NCBI GenBank assembly: GCA_963823555.1
Contig: CAWGMA010000003.1
Coordinates: 704,001 to 768,000, forward strand
DNA: 64,000 nucleotides
Source of the DNA: Candidatus Eiseniibacteriota bacterium
Lineage (GTDB): Bacteria > Eisenbacteria > RBG-16-71-46 > CAVPCR01
Reading direction: 5' to 3'
Under the pieces are notes generated by a model. That model was not told where the DNA came from. It saw only the letters and a list, made by a program, of their open reading frames with translations, and searched no databases. The first letter of the stretch is position 1, and the number at the start of each line of letters is the position of its first letter. Positions 30,384-39,248 of this stretch are shown in pieces. Position numbers and translations under genes: made by a program.

Positions 30384-30979
30384 GGTAATCCCCCCTTCGA
30401 CCCAGGGCGTTCGACGCCCGACGATTGCGGCGCCTCCTCGCCACGAGGAAGAGCGCCTGGACGGCAAGACGGCGAGAAGGTCCTCGGTCTCGCCTCGCTG
30501 ATCGCACGATGGCCGGTGCCGCCAGCGTGCGACCCGTTTGGCCCACGCAACCCGGAGGCACCTTGAGGCTTCCAGCGCATCGGGCGGGTCCCGAGGCTCC
30601 AGATTCCGGATCTCCACTCGACGTGCCGCACCGTTCCAGAACCATCGCTGGGAGCCACAACACAAAGGGACTCCTATCGAATGCGCAGGAAAGGTGCCTG
30701 CGCCATCCCCGAAACGACCCGCCCAATGTCCGATTTTACAGGCTGTTACGAGGGCGGATCGAAAGCCGGGAACGAGGAGACCGCTTTCAGCCGACATGTT
30801 GACAGACGCGCTTCATGCAACCTGACAGGCTGACAGCCTCCCCACCGGGCTGCAAGCGGGAACGGCCCATCTCGTCGTCGAGCATCCCGCCATTGACTAT
30901 AACTCCCGCTGCGAGATATCTTTAGAGCGTCTCGACGGGCCGCTAGACACCATTCCCGCCCTGCCCTGCGGAGCGCCAC

Positions 30980-32722
30980 ATGAAGATCCTGGGAACCCTC
31001 TCCCTCCACCTGTTCGCCGCTGCGGTTTTCCTGGCCATCGCTTCCCATCCCGCCGAGGCGGAGACGCTCAAGAGAGTGCAGATCCGAGCATCCAATGCGC
31101 CGGAGCTGGCCACGGAGCTCGAACGATCGGGGTTCGATGTGCTCGCGGGGTCGATCGGCAGGGATTCGTTCGACCTGGTCGTGACCGACGGTGAGCTGGC
31201 CCTGCTCGTGGATCGCGGCTATGCGCCGACAACGCTCGCCGTCGGGCGTCCGTTCCGCGATATCCAGGCCGAGCGGGATGCCGCCGCCCGCGCCGCGGGC
31301 GCGACCGCCGTGCCGCCCGGATACCCGAACCTCGCCGAGATCCTGAATTCGCTGGCCACCGCGGCGGCCACCTACCCCGCCATCTGCGAGTTCGTGGACC
31401 TGACCGCCCGCTATGGAACGCCGCCGACGGTCGAGGGCCGTCATCTCTACGCTCTCAAGATCTCGGATAACGTGAGCGTCGAGGAGGATGAGCCGGCGTT
31501 CCTCCTCGTGGCCGACCACCACGCGCGTGAGATCGTGACCCCTGTGATCGCGCTCCATGCCGTGACCGAGCTCACGAGCAGCTATGGCAGCGATCCCGCG
31601 ATCACCGCCCTCGTCGACGCCAACGAGATCTGGATTGCTCCGGTGTGGAATCCCGACGGTTACGAGCACGTCTTCAACATCAACAACCTGTGGCGGAAGA
31701 ACAGGCGCGTGTTCGCGACCGGCGTCGGCGTGGACATCAATCGCAACTATCCCCAGGGATGGTCGAATGCGTGCTCGGGATCGACCTCGCCGAGCAGCGA
31801 GACCTACAAGGGACCGGCGCCGGCTTCCGAGGCCGAGACCCAGACCATGATCGCCTGGAGCCTCGATCAGCGTTTCGCCAAGGTGATCGACTACCACTCC
31901 TCGGGGCGTGAGCTCCTGCGCGGCTATGCCTGCTGGACCCACCCCTTCGATGCCTACTTGGATGGCGAGGCGGCGGCGATCTCGCTCGCCTCGGGCTACG
32001 GCGGTGTCACGCGGGATCCCAGCGCCGACGGCGAGCACTACCAGTGGCAGTTCGCCACGATGGGGGCCTATGCCTTCCTCGCCGAGACGCACACCGAGTT
32101 CCAGCCGAGCTACACCAGCGCCCAGACCGAAGCCGCGCTCGTATGGCCGGGCGCGCTGTGGATGCTCGATCGCGCCATCCCGCTGTGGGGCCACGTCACC
32201 GACGCGGTGACCGGCTCGCCCGTCGTGGCCGCGATCCAGTACGAAGGGGTCGCCTTCCAGCACGGGGAGGAGAACCAGAGTGGCGGGGCCGATGGGCGCT
32301 ATCACGCCTTCCTGCCGGCCGGGACCTACAGCATTCGATTCACGGCCGACGGCTACGAGCCGCTCGTGATCCCCGGTGTGCAGGTTGCCTCCGCCGCGAG
32401 CACGCGGCTCGATGCCGCGCTCACGCCGGAATCGGCGGCGATCGCTGCGGACTCGCCTGCCGGTGGAGCCATCGCGGTGTCGTGGCAGAGCCCGTTGTTC
32501 CGCTACCGGGTGGCCGAGGCCGGACAGGTCACGCTCCGGGTCGTGGATGTGAGGGGCTCGGTCGTGGCCACTCTCGTCGATCAGGAGCAGGCTCCCGGGC
32601 AGTATGCCGTGGCCTGGCAAGGGCGGAACCAGGAGGGCCGGCGCGTCGCCCGCGGCAGCTACTTCTACCACTTCGAGACGGCTGGAGCCGAGCGTACCGG
32701 GAAACTACTCCTCGCCGAGTAG
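30980..32722 (+). CDS. M14 zinc carboxypeptidase with regulatory-like domain and FlgD-Ig CTD
   Basis: HHARE, NPDG, WRKNR, GVDINRNY, SEAET, DYHS; C-terminal WQGRNQEGRRVARGSYFY. Confidence 0.9.
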   Translation: MKILGTLSLHLFAAAVFLAIASHPAEAETLKRVQIRASNAPELATELERSGFDVLAGSIGRDSFDLVVTDGELALLVDRGYAPTTLAVGRPFRDIQAERDAAARAAGATAVPPGYPNLAEILNSLATAAATYPAICEFVDLTARYGTPPTVEGRHLYALKISDNVSVEEDEPAFLLVADHHAREIVTPVIALHAVTELTSSYGSDPAITALVDANEIWIAPVWNPDGYEHVFNINNLWRKNRRVFATGVGVDINRNYPQGWSNACSGSTSPSSETYKGPAPASEAETQTMIAWSLDQRFAKVIDYHSSGRELLRGYACWTHPFDAYLDGEAAAISLASGYGGVTRDPSADGEHYQWQFATMGAYAFLAETHTEFQPSYTSAQTEAALVWPGALWMLDRAIPLWGHVTDAVTGSPVVAAIQYEGVAFQHGEENQSGGADGRYHAFLPAGTYSIRFTADGYEPLVIPGVQVASAASTRLDAALTPESAAIAADSPAGGAIAVSWQSPLFRYRVAEAGQVTLRVVDVRGSVVATLVDQEQAPGQYAVAWQGRNQEGRRVARGSYFYHFETAGAERTGKLLLAE

Positions 32723-32760
32723 GTGGGGGTGGACCTCCCCGGTCGGCTGTGGTCGGGAGA

Positions 32761-33378
32761 TCAGTCGTCGTCGCAGCAACCCTCGCCGCGGAGCCCCTCA
32801 CGCCCTTCCTTGACGAGCCATGGCACCATGGCGAGGGCCGCCACCGGATCCGCCCACCACAGGCCAGCGACCGCGTTGGCGACGAGGCCGACGAGGAGGG
32901 CGAGGGAGAGGTAGGCGCAGGCGAGCGTCTCCCTGGCCTCGGCCCGGAGCGCCCCGCTCCTGATCTCGCGGGCCGCCCGGAGCTTCCAGAACGCGATCAC
33001 CGGCATGATGATGAGAGAAGCCGTGGCGAGGAGAATGCCCGGCCAGCTTTCCTGGGGCGCCTCACGCTTCCAGATCGTCCACCCGGCCTGGGTGGTGACG
33101 TAGATCGCGAGGGCGATGAAGGTGCCGCCAACGAAACGGTGCACGCGCGTTTCCGTGCGTTCCACCGTGGCATGGTCCGCCCCACGCGCCTCCACGCTGA
33201 GCCGCCAGAAGAGAACGCCGGCAGCTGCGCATTCGATGACCGAGTCGAGCCCGAAGCCGAGGAGGGCGATGCTCTCCGCTTCGGCCCCCGACCACAGCGC
33301 GACGACGGCCTCGATGATGTTGTATGCCAGTGTGGCGGCAACCAGGCGGATGGCGATCTTGGTCCAGTCGTGCGGCAT
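32761..33378 (-). CDS. Short cation-efflux (CDF-like) membrane protein
   Basis: YNIIEA, SIALLGFGLDSVIE, WWADPVAAL; metal-binding tail GCCDDD. Confidence 0.82.
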   Translation of the reverse strand: MPHDWTKIAIRLVAATLAYNIIEAVVALWSGAEAESIALLGFGLDSVIECAAAGVLFWRLSVEARGADHATVERTETRVHRFVGGTFIALAIYVTTQAGWTIWKREAPQESWPGILLATASLIIMPVIAFWKLRAAREIRSGALRAEARETLACAYLSLALLVGLVANAVAGLWWADPVAALAMVPWLVKEGREGLRGEGCCDDD

Positions 33379-33534
33379 GGTGATGGGAAGCCTAGACGTT
33401 TCCTTGCGCCCAAGGCAAGCCACCCGGTTCCTTGCCAGGATGCTCGAGCTTGACCCGCCCAAATGAAAGAGCCGGGTGAGGTCACTCACCCGGCTCTCGC
33501 GTGTCCGCTAGGCGGCTTGTGGCCGCGCGATGGA

Positions 33535-34362
33535 CTAGTACAGGTTCTTGATGCTGCCCCAGGTCGACTGCTCGACCGGAGTGGAGCAGGGGAAGCCCTC
33601 GATGATGAAGGGCAGGCCCTGCGGAGCCGCCGAGGTGCCGCTGTCGATCAGAGCGCCCCAGACGCCGCTCAGGAACTGCAGACCGTTCCCGGTGATGGCC
33701 TGTCCGAGGATCGTGATCGGCGGGGCCCACGGGCCGGAGGCCAGCGTGCCGCCCGCCTGCCAGTCGACCCAGTAGGTCTGGCCGCCCTGGAGCTGCAGGT
33801 TCGCAGCGAGGCAGATGTCGGCCATGATGTAGCGGTTGGTGGCGCAGGCACCGGTGTCGATCGAGCGACGGATGCCCGACAGCTGCGAGGCCGCGAGCAC
33901 GTTGGTCGTCTGGTCGCCGTAGATCACGACGCCGCCGGGAGGCGGACCGCCAGCCCAGATCTGGAAGTTGACGTTGTTGATCGTGGGCGAGGTGGCGCCG
34001 GTCTGGTAGGCGAAGAACGTGATGGCGCCGACGTCCCAGCACTCTCCGGCCGGAACCTCAAAGTCATCCGCGACACGGATACCGGCCGAGATCGCATGGC
34101 CGAAACCGTAGACGTTCAGGCCGATCGCGGTCTGTAGCTGGCTGTCGTTCGGATTCGGCGCGCTGCAGGCGTTCGGCTGAGTGATCAACGGGCCGTTGTC
34201 ATAGAGGACGACGGCATCAGACGGATGGGTCCACACCGGGCCAGAAGGCACGGCGCCGTACTCGGATCCCGGGCTGTTGAAGATCGTCTCCGCCTCATCC
34301 TTGGCCAATGCCGGCATCGCCAGGACGAGAGAGGCGAGAGCGACGATAACGAGGTGACGCAT
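33535..34362 (-). CDS. Secreted protein of unknown function with C-terminal TWG tail
   Basis: GAGGAGG RBS; signal peptide; LYDNGPL...RVADDF domain; ends TPVEQSTWGSIKNLY. Confidence 0.85.
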   Translation of the reverse strand: MRHLVIVALASLVLAMPALAKDEAETIFNSPGSEYGAVPSGPVWTHPSDAVVLYDNGPLITQPNACSAPNPNDSQLQTAIGLNVYGFGHAISAGIRVADDFEVPAGECWDVGAITFFAYQTGATSPTINNVNFQIWAGGPPPGGVVIYGDQTTNVLAASQLSGIRRSIDTGACATNRYIMADICLAANLQLQGGQTYWVDWQAGGTLASGPWAPPITILGQAITGNGLQFLSGVWGALIDSGTSAAPQGLPFIIEGFPCSTPVEQSTWGSIKNLY

Positions 34363-34551
34363 GTTGTTTCCTCCTCATTCTCCAGCTGTCGCGAAACACC
34401 TGAAGAAGGATTCCCTGGTTGCGGACACGAACATCACGTACTGCAGTACCTGAACGGGCCAGGTCGGACAAAAAACAAGAGCAGGGCATTTTGCCGGACC
34501 CGGGTTCGGAAGCCGTCGCCGCAGCCTGGCTAGAGCTCCTGCCAAGTAAAA

Positions 34552-34580
34552 ACAGTAGCAAGAGATAGGGCTGATGTCAA
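34552..34580 (-). promoter_or_regulatory. Sigma70 promoter for the 33535..34362 gene
   Basis: TTGACA-17 nt-TACTGT with extended TG. Confidence 0.65.
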
Positions 34581-34758
34581 GCAATGAGTCAGGGGGTGAG
34601 AGCGCACAGGAGATGAGGTCCGAACGTGGCCCTAAGGACTGCCCCGCCTGCCCCGATGACTCCTTGGGGTGCTGGAGTCTGGCCCTGGTCGCCCGGTACC
34701 GGTAGCCTCCACGCAACCGGGATGCCCCCATCGAGAGAGGAGAGGGTCCGTTTCCCCA

Positions 34759-36366
34759 ATGGCTTCCAACCGCCTCCGCCGGATCGCCCTCGAAGTCGTC
34801 GCCGCGCTTGCCGCGACCCTGCTCGGGCTAGCTGGCTTCGAGCTGGCCCTGCGCGGAGCCTACGCCCTCCGCAACGCGGCCATCGATGCCATCCCGTTGC
34901 CGTATGTCGCGGGGCACGACTACGGCCCCCAGCCGCCATGGGTCGATGGCCTCCGCATCCTGGTCCCCGACGAAGACCTCATCTGGCGGGCCAGTCCGGG
35001 CGTCAGCCGGCGCTACATCGATGTCTTCAGTCCGGTGGACCGGGACCAGGACCGCTACGGGCTCATCCGGCAGTTCCTGCCCCGGGTTCCTCCCTCGCTC
35101 GAATCGAACCCGGTGTGGGAGATCACCCTCAACTCGCAGGGCTTCCGCGAGGTGGAGCTGCCCCAGGGGAAGCCGTCAGGGAGCTTCCGCATCGTTTGCC
35201 TCGGAGACTCCTGGACCTTCGGCGCCAACGTCGGCCCCGATGAGGCCTATCCGCGGCGCCTCGAGGCCCTGCTGCGGGCCGAATATCCGGGGCGCTCGTT
35301 CGAGGTGCTGAACCTCGGGGTGCTCGGATACACGTCCTTCCAGGGGCTCCGGCTGCTGGAGCAGGTGGGACGGAGCCTCGAGCCCGATCTGGTCCTCCTC
35401 GGCTATGGGATGAACGACGGGGACGTCGCTGGATATCGCGACAAGGACATGATCGGCTATCCGAAGCCCGAGGGGCTCGGCCATGCGGTTCGCGCCGCCG
35501 CCACCGGGACCGAGATCTACAAGCTCCTCAACTACCTGGCCATGCTCGTCCACTATGAGCCGAGCACGCTCGGGGATCACTTGCGGGCGAAAGCGAAGAA
35601 GGAGCCGGGCGCCGAGTCCGAGGCCGATTATGCCGAGCTCGAGGAGTGGACGCGGGTCTCGCCCGCGGATTACGGGGCGAACATGACGGCCATGGTCGAG
35701 CGGGCCGGGGATCTGGATGCCGGCGTGATCCTGCTCTTCAACGAGCTGTGGCCGGAAAGTCCCTACCGGAAGGTGCTGGGGCGGGTGGCCGCGGCCCGGG
35801 GCGTGCCCCTCATCGATTCGAGCCGGCTCGTGGCCGAGGCCCGCCGCCGGATCGAAGAGGAACGCGAGGTGGATCTCGGTCTCGAACCACCGGCCTCACC
35901 CCCCAGGGCGGAGGACGGCAAGGTCGAGGTCGTGTTCCGGGTCGACTTCGGCGACCGTCCCGTGCCCACGGCCGCCTACATCGTGGGAGCACATCCCGAT
36001 CTCGGGAATCTGGCGCCGAACACGCTCGCGATGCATGACGACGGGACCCGTGGGGATCAGCGGGCCGGGGATCGGGTGTGGTCCCATGCGGCGCGGTTCG
36101 AGCCGGGGACGCGGCTGGCTTACGTCTACACCAACAGCGGGGTCCGGGGGGAATGGACCGGGCTCGATGTGCCCTATGTCCGCCAGTTCACGGTCGCTTC
36201 CCCCGATAGCGTGGGCCGGGTCTACCGTCCGATCGAGACCTTCGGGGCGATCACCATGCTTGCGGACACCTGGCACACGAATGCGGCGGGATACGATCTG
36301 ATCGCCGCGGCGGTCCTCGACTCCCTGCGCCAGGAGCCGCGATTCGCCGCCTTCGTGTCCGATTGA
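34759..36366 (+). CDS. Membrane-anchored SGNH/GDSL hydrolase with inserted CBM20/choice-of-anchor-X-like domain
   Basis: N-terminal TM segment; blocks LGDSWTFG, NLGVLG, GMND, DTWHTN; insert MHDDGTRGDQRAGDRVWS. Confidence 0.82.
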   Translation: MASNRLRRIALEVVAALAATLLGLAGFELALRGAYALRNAAIDAIPLPYVAGHDYGPQPPWVDGLRILVPDEDLIWRASPGVSRRYIDVFSPVDRDQDRYGLIRQFLPRVPPSLESNPVWEITLNSQGFREVELPQGKPSGSFRIVCLGDSWTFGANVGPDEAYPRRLEALLRAEYPGRSFEVLNLGVLGYTSFQGLRLLEQVGRSLEPDLVLLGYGMNDGDVAGYRDKDMIGYPKPEGLGHAVRAAATGTEIYKLLNYLAMLVHYEPSTLGDHLRAKAKKEPGAESEADYAELEEWTRVSPADYGANMTAMVERAGDLDAGVILLFNELWPESPYRKVLGRVAAARGVPLIDSSRLVAEARRRIEEEREVDLGLEPPASPPRAEDGKVEVVFRVDFGDRPVPTAAYIVGAHPDLGNLAPNTLAMHDDGTRGDQRAGDRVWSHAARFEPGTRLAYVYTNSGVRGEWTGLDVPYVRQFTVASPDSVGRVYRPIETFGAITMLADTWHTNAAGYDLIAAAVLDSLRQEPRFAAFVSD

Positions 36367-36381
36367 GGCGGCGCACGCCGC

Positions 36382-37302
36382 TCAGCGCGCTCCCCGCTTC
36401 AAGGCCTCGACCGTCGCCCGCAGCCCGCTTTCCATCGCCGTCGTGGGAGACCAGCCGAGGACGGCACGGGCGCGCTCGTTGGCGAGGATCACATGCTTGA
36501 TCTCGCCGGCGCGCTCCGGCTCGTGATGCGGCGGACGCGGGTAGCCGGTCTCGGCGGCCATCATCCGGAACAGCTCATTGACCGACAGCGGGGACTCGGT
36601 GCTCACGTTCACGATGAAGGGATCCGGCGCGCCGAGAGCGAGCAGGTGTGCGGCAGCCACGTCGCCGACATAGACGAAGTCGCGCGTTTGCTCGCCATCC
36701 CCGTAGATCGTGACCGGCTCGCCGCGCAACATCCGCGATCCGAAGATAGCCACGACGCCCGCCTCGCCAAATGGATCCTGGCGCGGTCCGTAGATGTTGG
36801 CCAGACGGAGCACCTTGAGCCGGATCGAGGCCGGCAGGACGATCTTGAGATAGCATTCGAGCGTCCACTTGCTGAGCCCGTAGGCCGAGATCGGCCGGAT
36901 CGGATGCTCCTCGTCCGAGGGCGTGTAGACGGGCATGCCGTACAGGGCGCCTCCGGTGGTGATGTAGATGAAATCGCGGATGGCGCACTCGGTCGCCGCC
37001 TGGATGACGTTGATTCCCCCGAGGATGTTGATGCGCGCGTCGTCGGCCGGGTGCGCCATCGAGACCACCACCGATGGCTGCGCCGCACAGTGGGTCATGG
37101 CCTGGGGCTGGAAGGAGTGTGCGACCTCGAGGAACTCCGGGCTACCGATGTCGAGCCGGACGAGCTCGGCCCCCGGGGGCAGATTCTCGGCCTTGCCGCT
37201 CGATAGATCGTCGACGACGAGCACCGAGTGCCCATCGCCGAGCAGGCGGTCGACGATGTGGGAGCCGATGAAGCCGGCCCCGCCGGTTACCAGAACGCGC
37301 AT
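36382..37302 (-). CDS. NAD-dependent epimerase/dehydratase (UDP-glucose 4-epimerase-like)
   Basis: TGGAGFIG, YGLSK, NIYGPRQ, GDGEQTRDFVYV. Confidence 0.92.
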   Translation of the reverse strand: MRVLVTGGAGFIGSHIVDRLLGDGHSVLVVDDLSSGKAENLPPGAELVRLDIGSPEFLEVAHSFQPQAMTHCAAQPSVVVSMAHPADDARINILGGINVIQAATECAIRDFIYITTGGALYGMPVYTPSDEEHPIRPISAYGLSKWTLECYLKIVLPASIRLKVLRLANIYGPRQDPFGEAGVVAIFGSRMLRGEPVTIYGDGEQTRDFVYVGDVAAAHLLALGAPDPFIVNVSTESPLSVNELFRMMAAETGYPRPPHHEPERAGEIKHVILANERARAVLGWSPTTAMESGLRATVEALKRGAR

Positions 37303-37406
37303 GGATCAACCTCCGCCGATGGACCTTGCCGGCGCCACGCTCATAGTGAGTCTCTGACCGAGGGAGAAAGCGGACGCGGGCGGCATCATACCCGCGCCGG
37401 AGCCGA

Positions 37407-39248
37407 TCAGGAAGAGGTCGGCGCGGCGCGCACCGCGCTGTCGATCCATTGATCGCGGAAGAGGCGAGCATAGGAGCCACCGGCCTTGAGGAGCTCATCG
37501 TGGGTTCCCTGCTCGACGAGGCGTCCCTCCTCGAGAACGAGGATTCGATCGGCGCGCTGGGCGGTCGAAAGGCGATGGGCGATGATGATGGTGGTCCGCC
37601 CGCGCCCGAGGCGATCGAGCGACGCGAAGAACTCGTGCTCGCTCGTGGTGTCGAGGTTGGAGGTCGGCTCGTCGAGGATCAGGATCGGGGCATCCTTCAA
37701 GAACGCCCTGGCCAGGGACAGCCGCTGGCGCTGTCCGCCGGAGAGTCTCACGCCCCGCTCACCCACCAGGCTGGCATAGCCTTCGGGGAGGCCCTGGATG
37801 TACTCGTCGAGCCCCGCGGCGCGCCCGGCGGCGCGGATCTCCGCCTCGCTCGCTCCCGGGCGCCCATAGGCGATGTTCTCGCCGAGGCTCGATGAGAAGA
37901 GGATCGGCTCCTGCGGCACGAGCGCCATCTGCCGCCGGAGCCAGCGCAGATCGAGGGTCATGATGTCGTGACCATCGAGCAGGATGCGCCCGGCTTGCGG
38001 GCGGTAGAACCTGAGGAGGAGACTGACGAGGCTCGTCTTGCCGGCTCCCGAACGTCCGACGAGGGCAATGCGCTCGCCGGGCTCGATGGTGAAGCTCAGG
38101 TCGCGGAGCACGGGACGCGCCGGCTCGTGGCTGAACGTGACCTCTTCGTAGGCGACATGCCCGGTCACCGTACGCAGCTCCAGCCTGCCCGCGGCCCGCG
38201 CGACTTCGTCCTCCTCGTCCTGGTCGAGGATGCCGAGCACGCGCTCGATGCTCACGCCGGATCGTTGGATGACCATGGCCGAGCCGGCGAGGTAGGTGAT
38301 CGGGCCGTAGAGCGAATGAAGGTACGCGATGAAGACGAGGAGCTCTCCCACCGTCAACCGGCTCTCGAGCACCGACTGCGCGCCGAACCAGACCACGGCC
38401 GCCGTGCCGATGCCGACCAGGGAGTCGGTCACGAGTCCCCCGAGCTTGCTGAGCGTCATCACTCGCACATACTCCGCCTGGCTGGTGCGGGCCCGGGTCT
38501 CGAAGCGCGCCAGCTCGACATCCTCCATGGCGTAGGACTTGATGGCGCGGATCGAGCCCAGCGACTCGCTCACCATCGTGTAGAGGCCGCTCTCGGCCTG
38601 GGCCAGGCCCCGGGTGCGCCGGCGCACTCGCTCCGAGAACCAGGTCCACGAGATGAACAACACGGGGATCACCGTGATCGCCGCGATGCCCAGGCGCGCG
38701 TCGAGAAAGAAGATGGTGGCGGCGATGGCGAGCGCAGTCACCGCCTGGATGGTGAGCGGGATGAAGCCGTAGGTGATGATGTTCTGCAGCGCCGAGGCAT
38801 CGCCGATGATGCGGTAGAGGAGGTCGCCCACGCTCGAGTGGTCATGGAAGCGGAGCGACAGCCGCTGCAGCTTGCCGTACAGGTCGCAGCGGAGTTTGAG
38901 CACCATGCGCTGGCCCAGGAGCTGGGTCGAGTACTCCTGGACCAGGGCGAGCACCGAGCCGGAGAGCAACGCTCCCACCATGAGGGCGACCGCGATGGCC
39001 AGGAGGGCCGGCTGGTCGGGTTCGCCGAAGATGGTCGTGAGCCAGCGGGGGGCCGGCCGGTCGCCGAGGACGGAGTCGACGACCACCTGCATCGGCCATG
39101 GCTTGGCGAGCGTGATCACGGTGGTGGCCAGCATGGCACCCACGGTCATGGCGAGGAGGCGCCACTCCGCACGCACATAGGGCAGGAGCCGGACGTAGAG
39201 CGCAAGCGAGTTCCGGGACCGGGAGAAGCGGCCGCCTATCTCCATCAT
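37407..39248 (-). CDS. ABC exporter, fused permease/ATPase (MsbA/NdvA-like)
   Basis: TMD plus GRSGAGKT, LSGGQRQR, ILDEPTS, IAHRLST; start overlaps the upstream stop (ATGA). Confidence 0.93.
   Translation of the reverse strand: MMEIGGRFSRSRNSLALYVRLLPYVRAEWRLLAMTVGAMLATTVITLAKPWPMQVVVDSVLGDRPAPRWLTTIFGEPDQPALLAIAVALMVGALLSGSVLALVQEYSTQLLGQRMVLKLRCDLYGKLQRLSLRFHDHSSVGDLLYRIIGDASALQNIITYGFIPLTIQAVTALAIAATIFFLDARLGIAAITVIPVLFISWTWFSERVRRRTRGLAQAESGLYTMVSESLGSIRAIKSYAMEDVELARFETRARTSQAEYVRVMTLSKLGGLVTDSLVGIGTAAVVWFGAQSVLESRLTVGELLVFIAYLHSLYGPITYLAGSAMVIQRSGVSIERVLGILDQDEEDEVARAAGRLELRTVTGHVAYEEVTFSHEPARPVLRDLSFTIEPGERIALVGRSGAGKTSLVSLLLRFYRPQAGRILLDGHDIMTLDLRWLRRQMALVPQEPILFSSSLGENIAYGRPGASEAEIRAAGRAAGLDEYIQGLPEGYASLVGERGVRLSGGQRQRLSLARAFLKDAPILILDEPTSNLDTTSEHEFFASLDRLGRGRTTIIIAHRLSTAQRADRILVLEEGRLVEQGTHDELLKAGGSYARLFRDQWIDSAVRAAPTSS

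Noticed and set aside
30384..30797. N-terminal extension of gltA (similar extensions at 12897..13310 and 46959..47309)
   Set aside because: Longest-ORF artefacts; RBS and family motifs begin at downstream starts.
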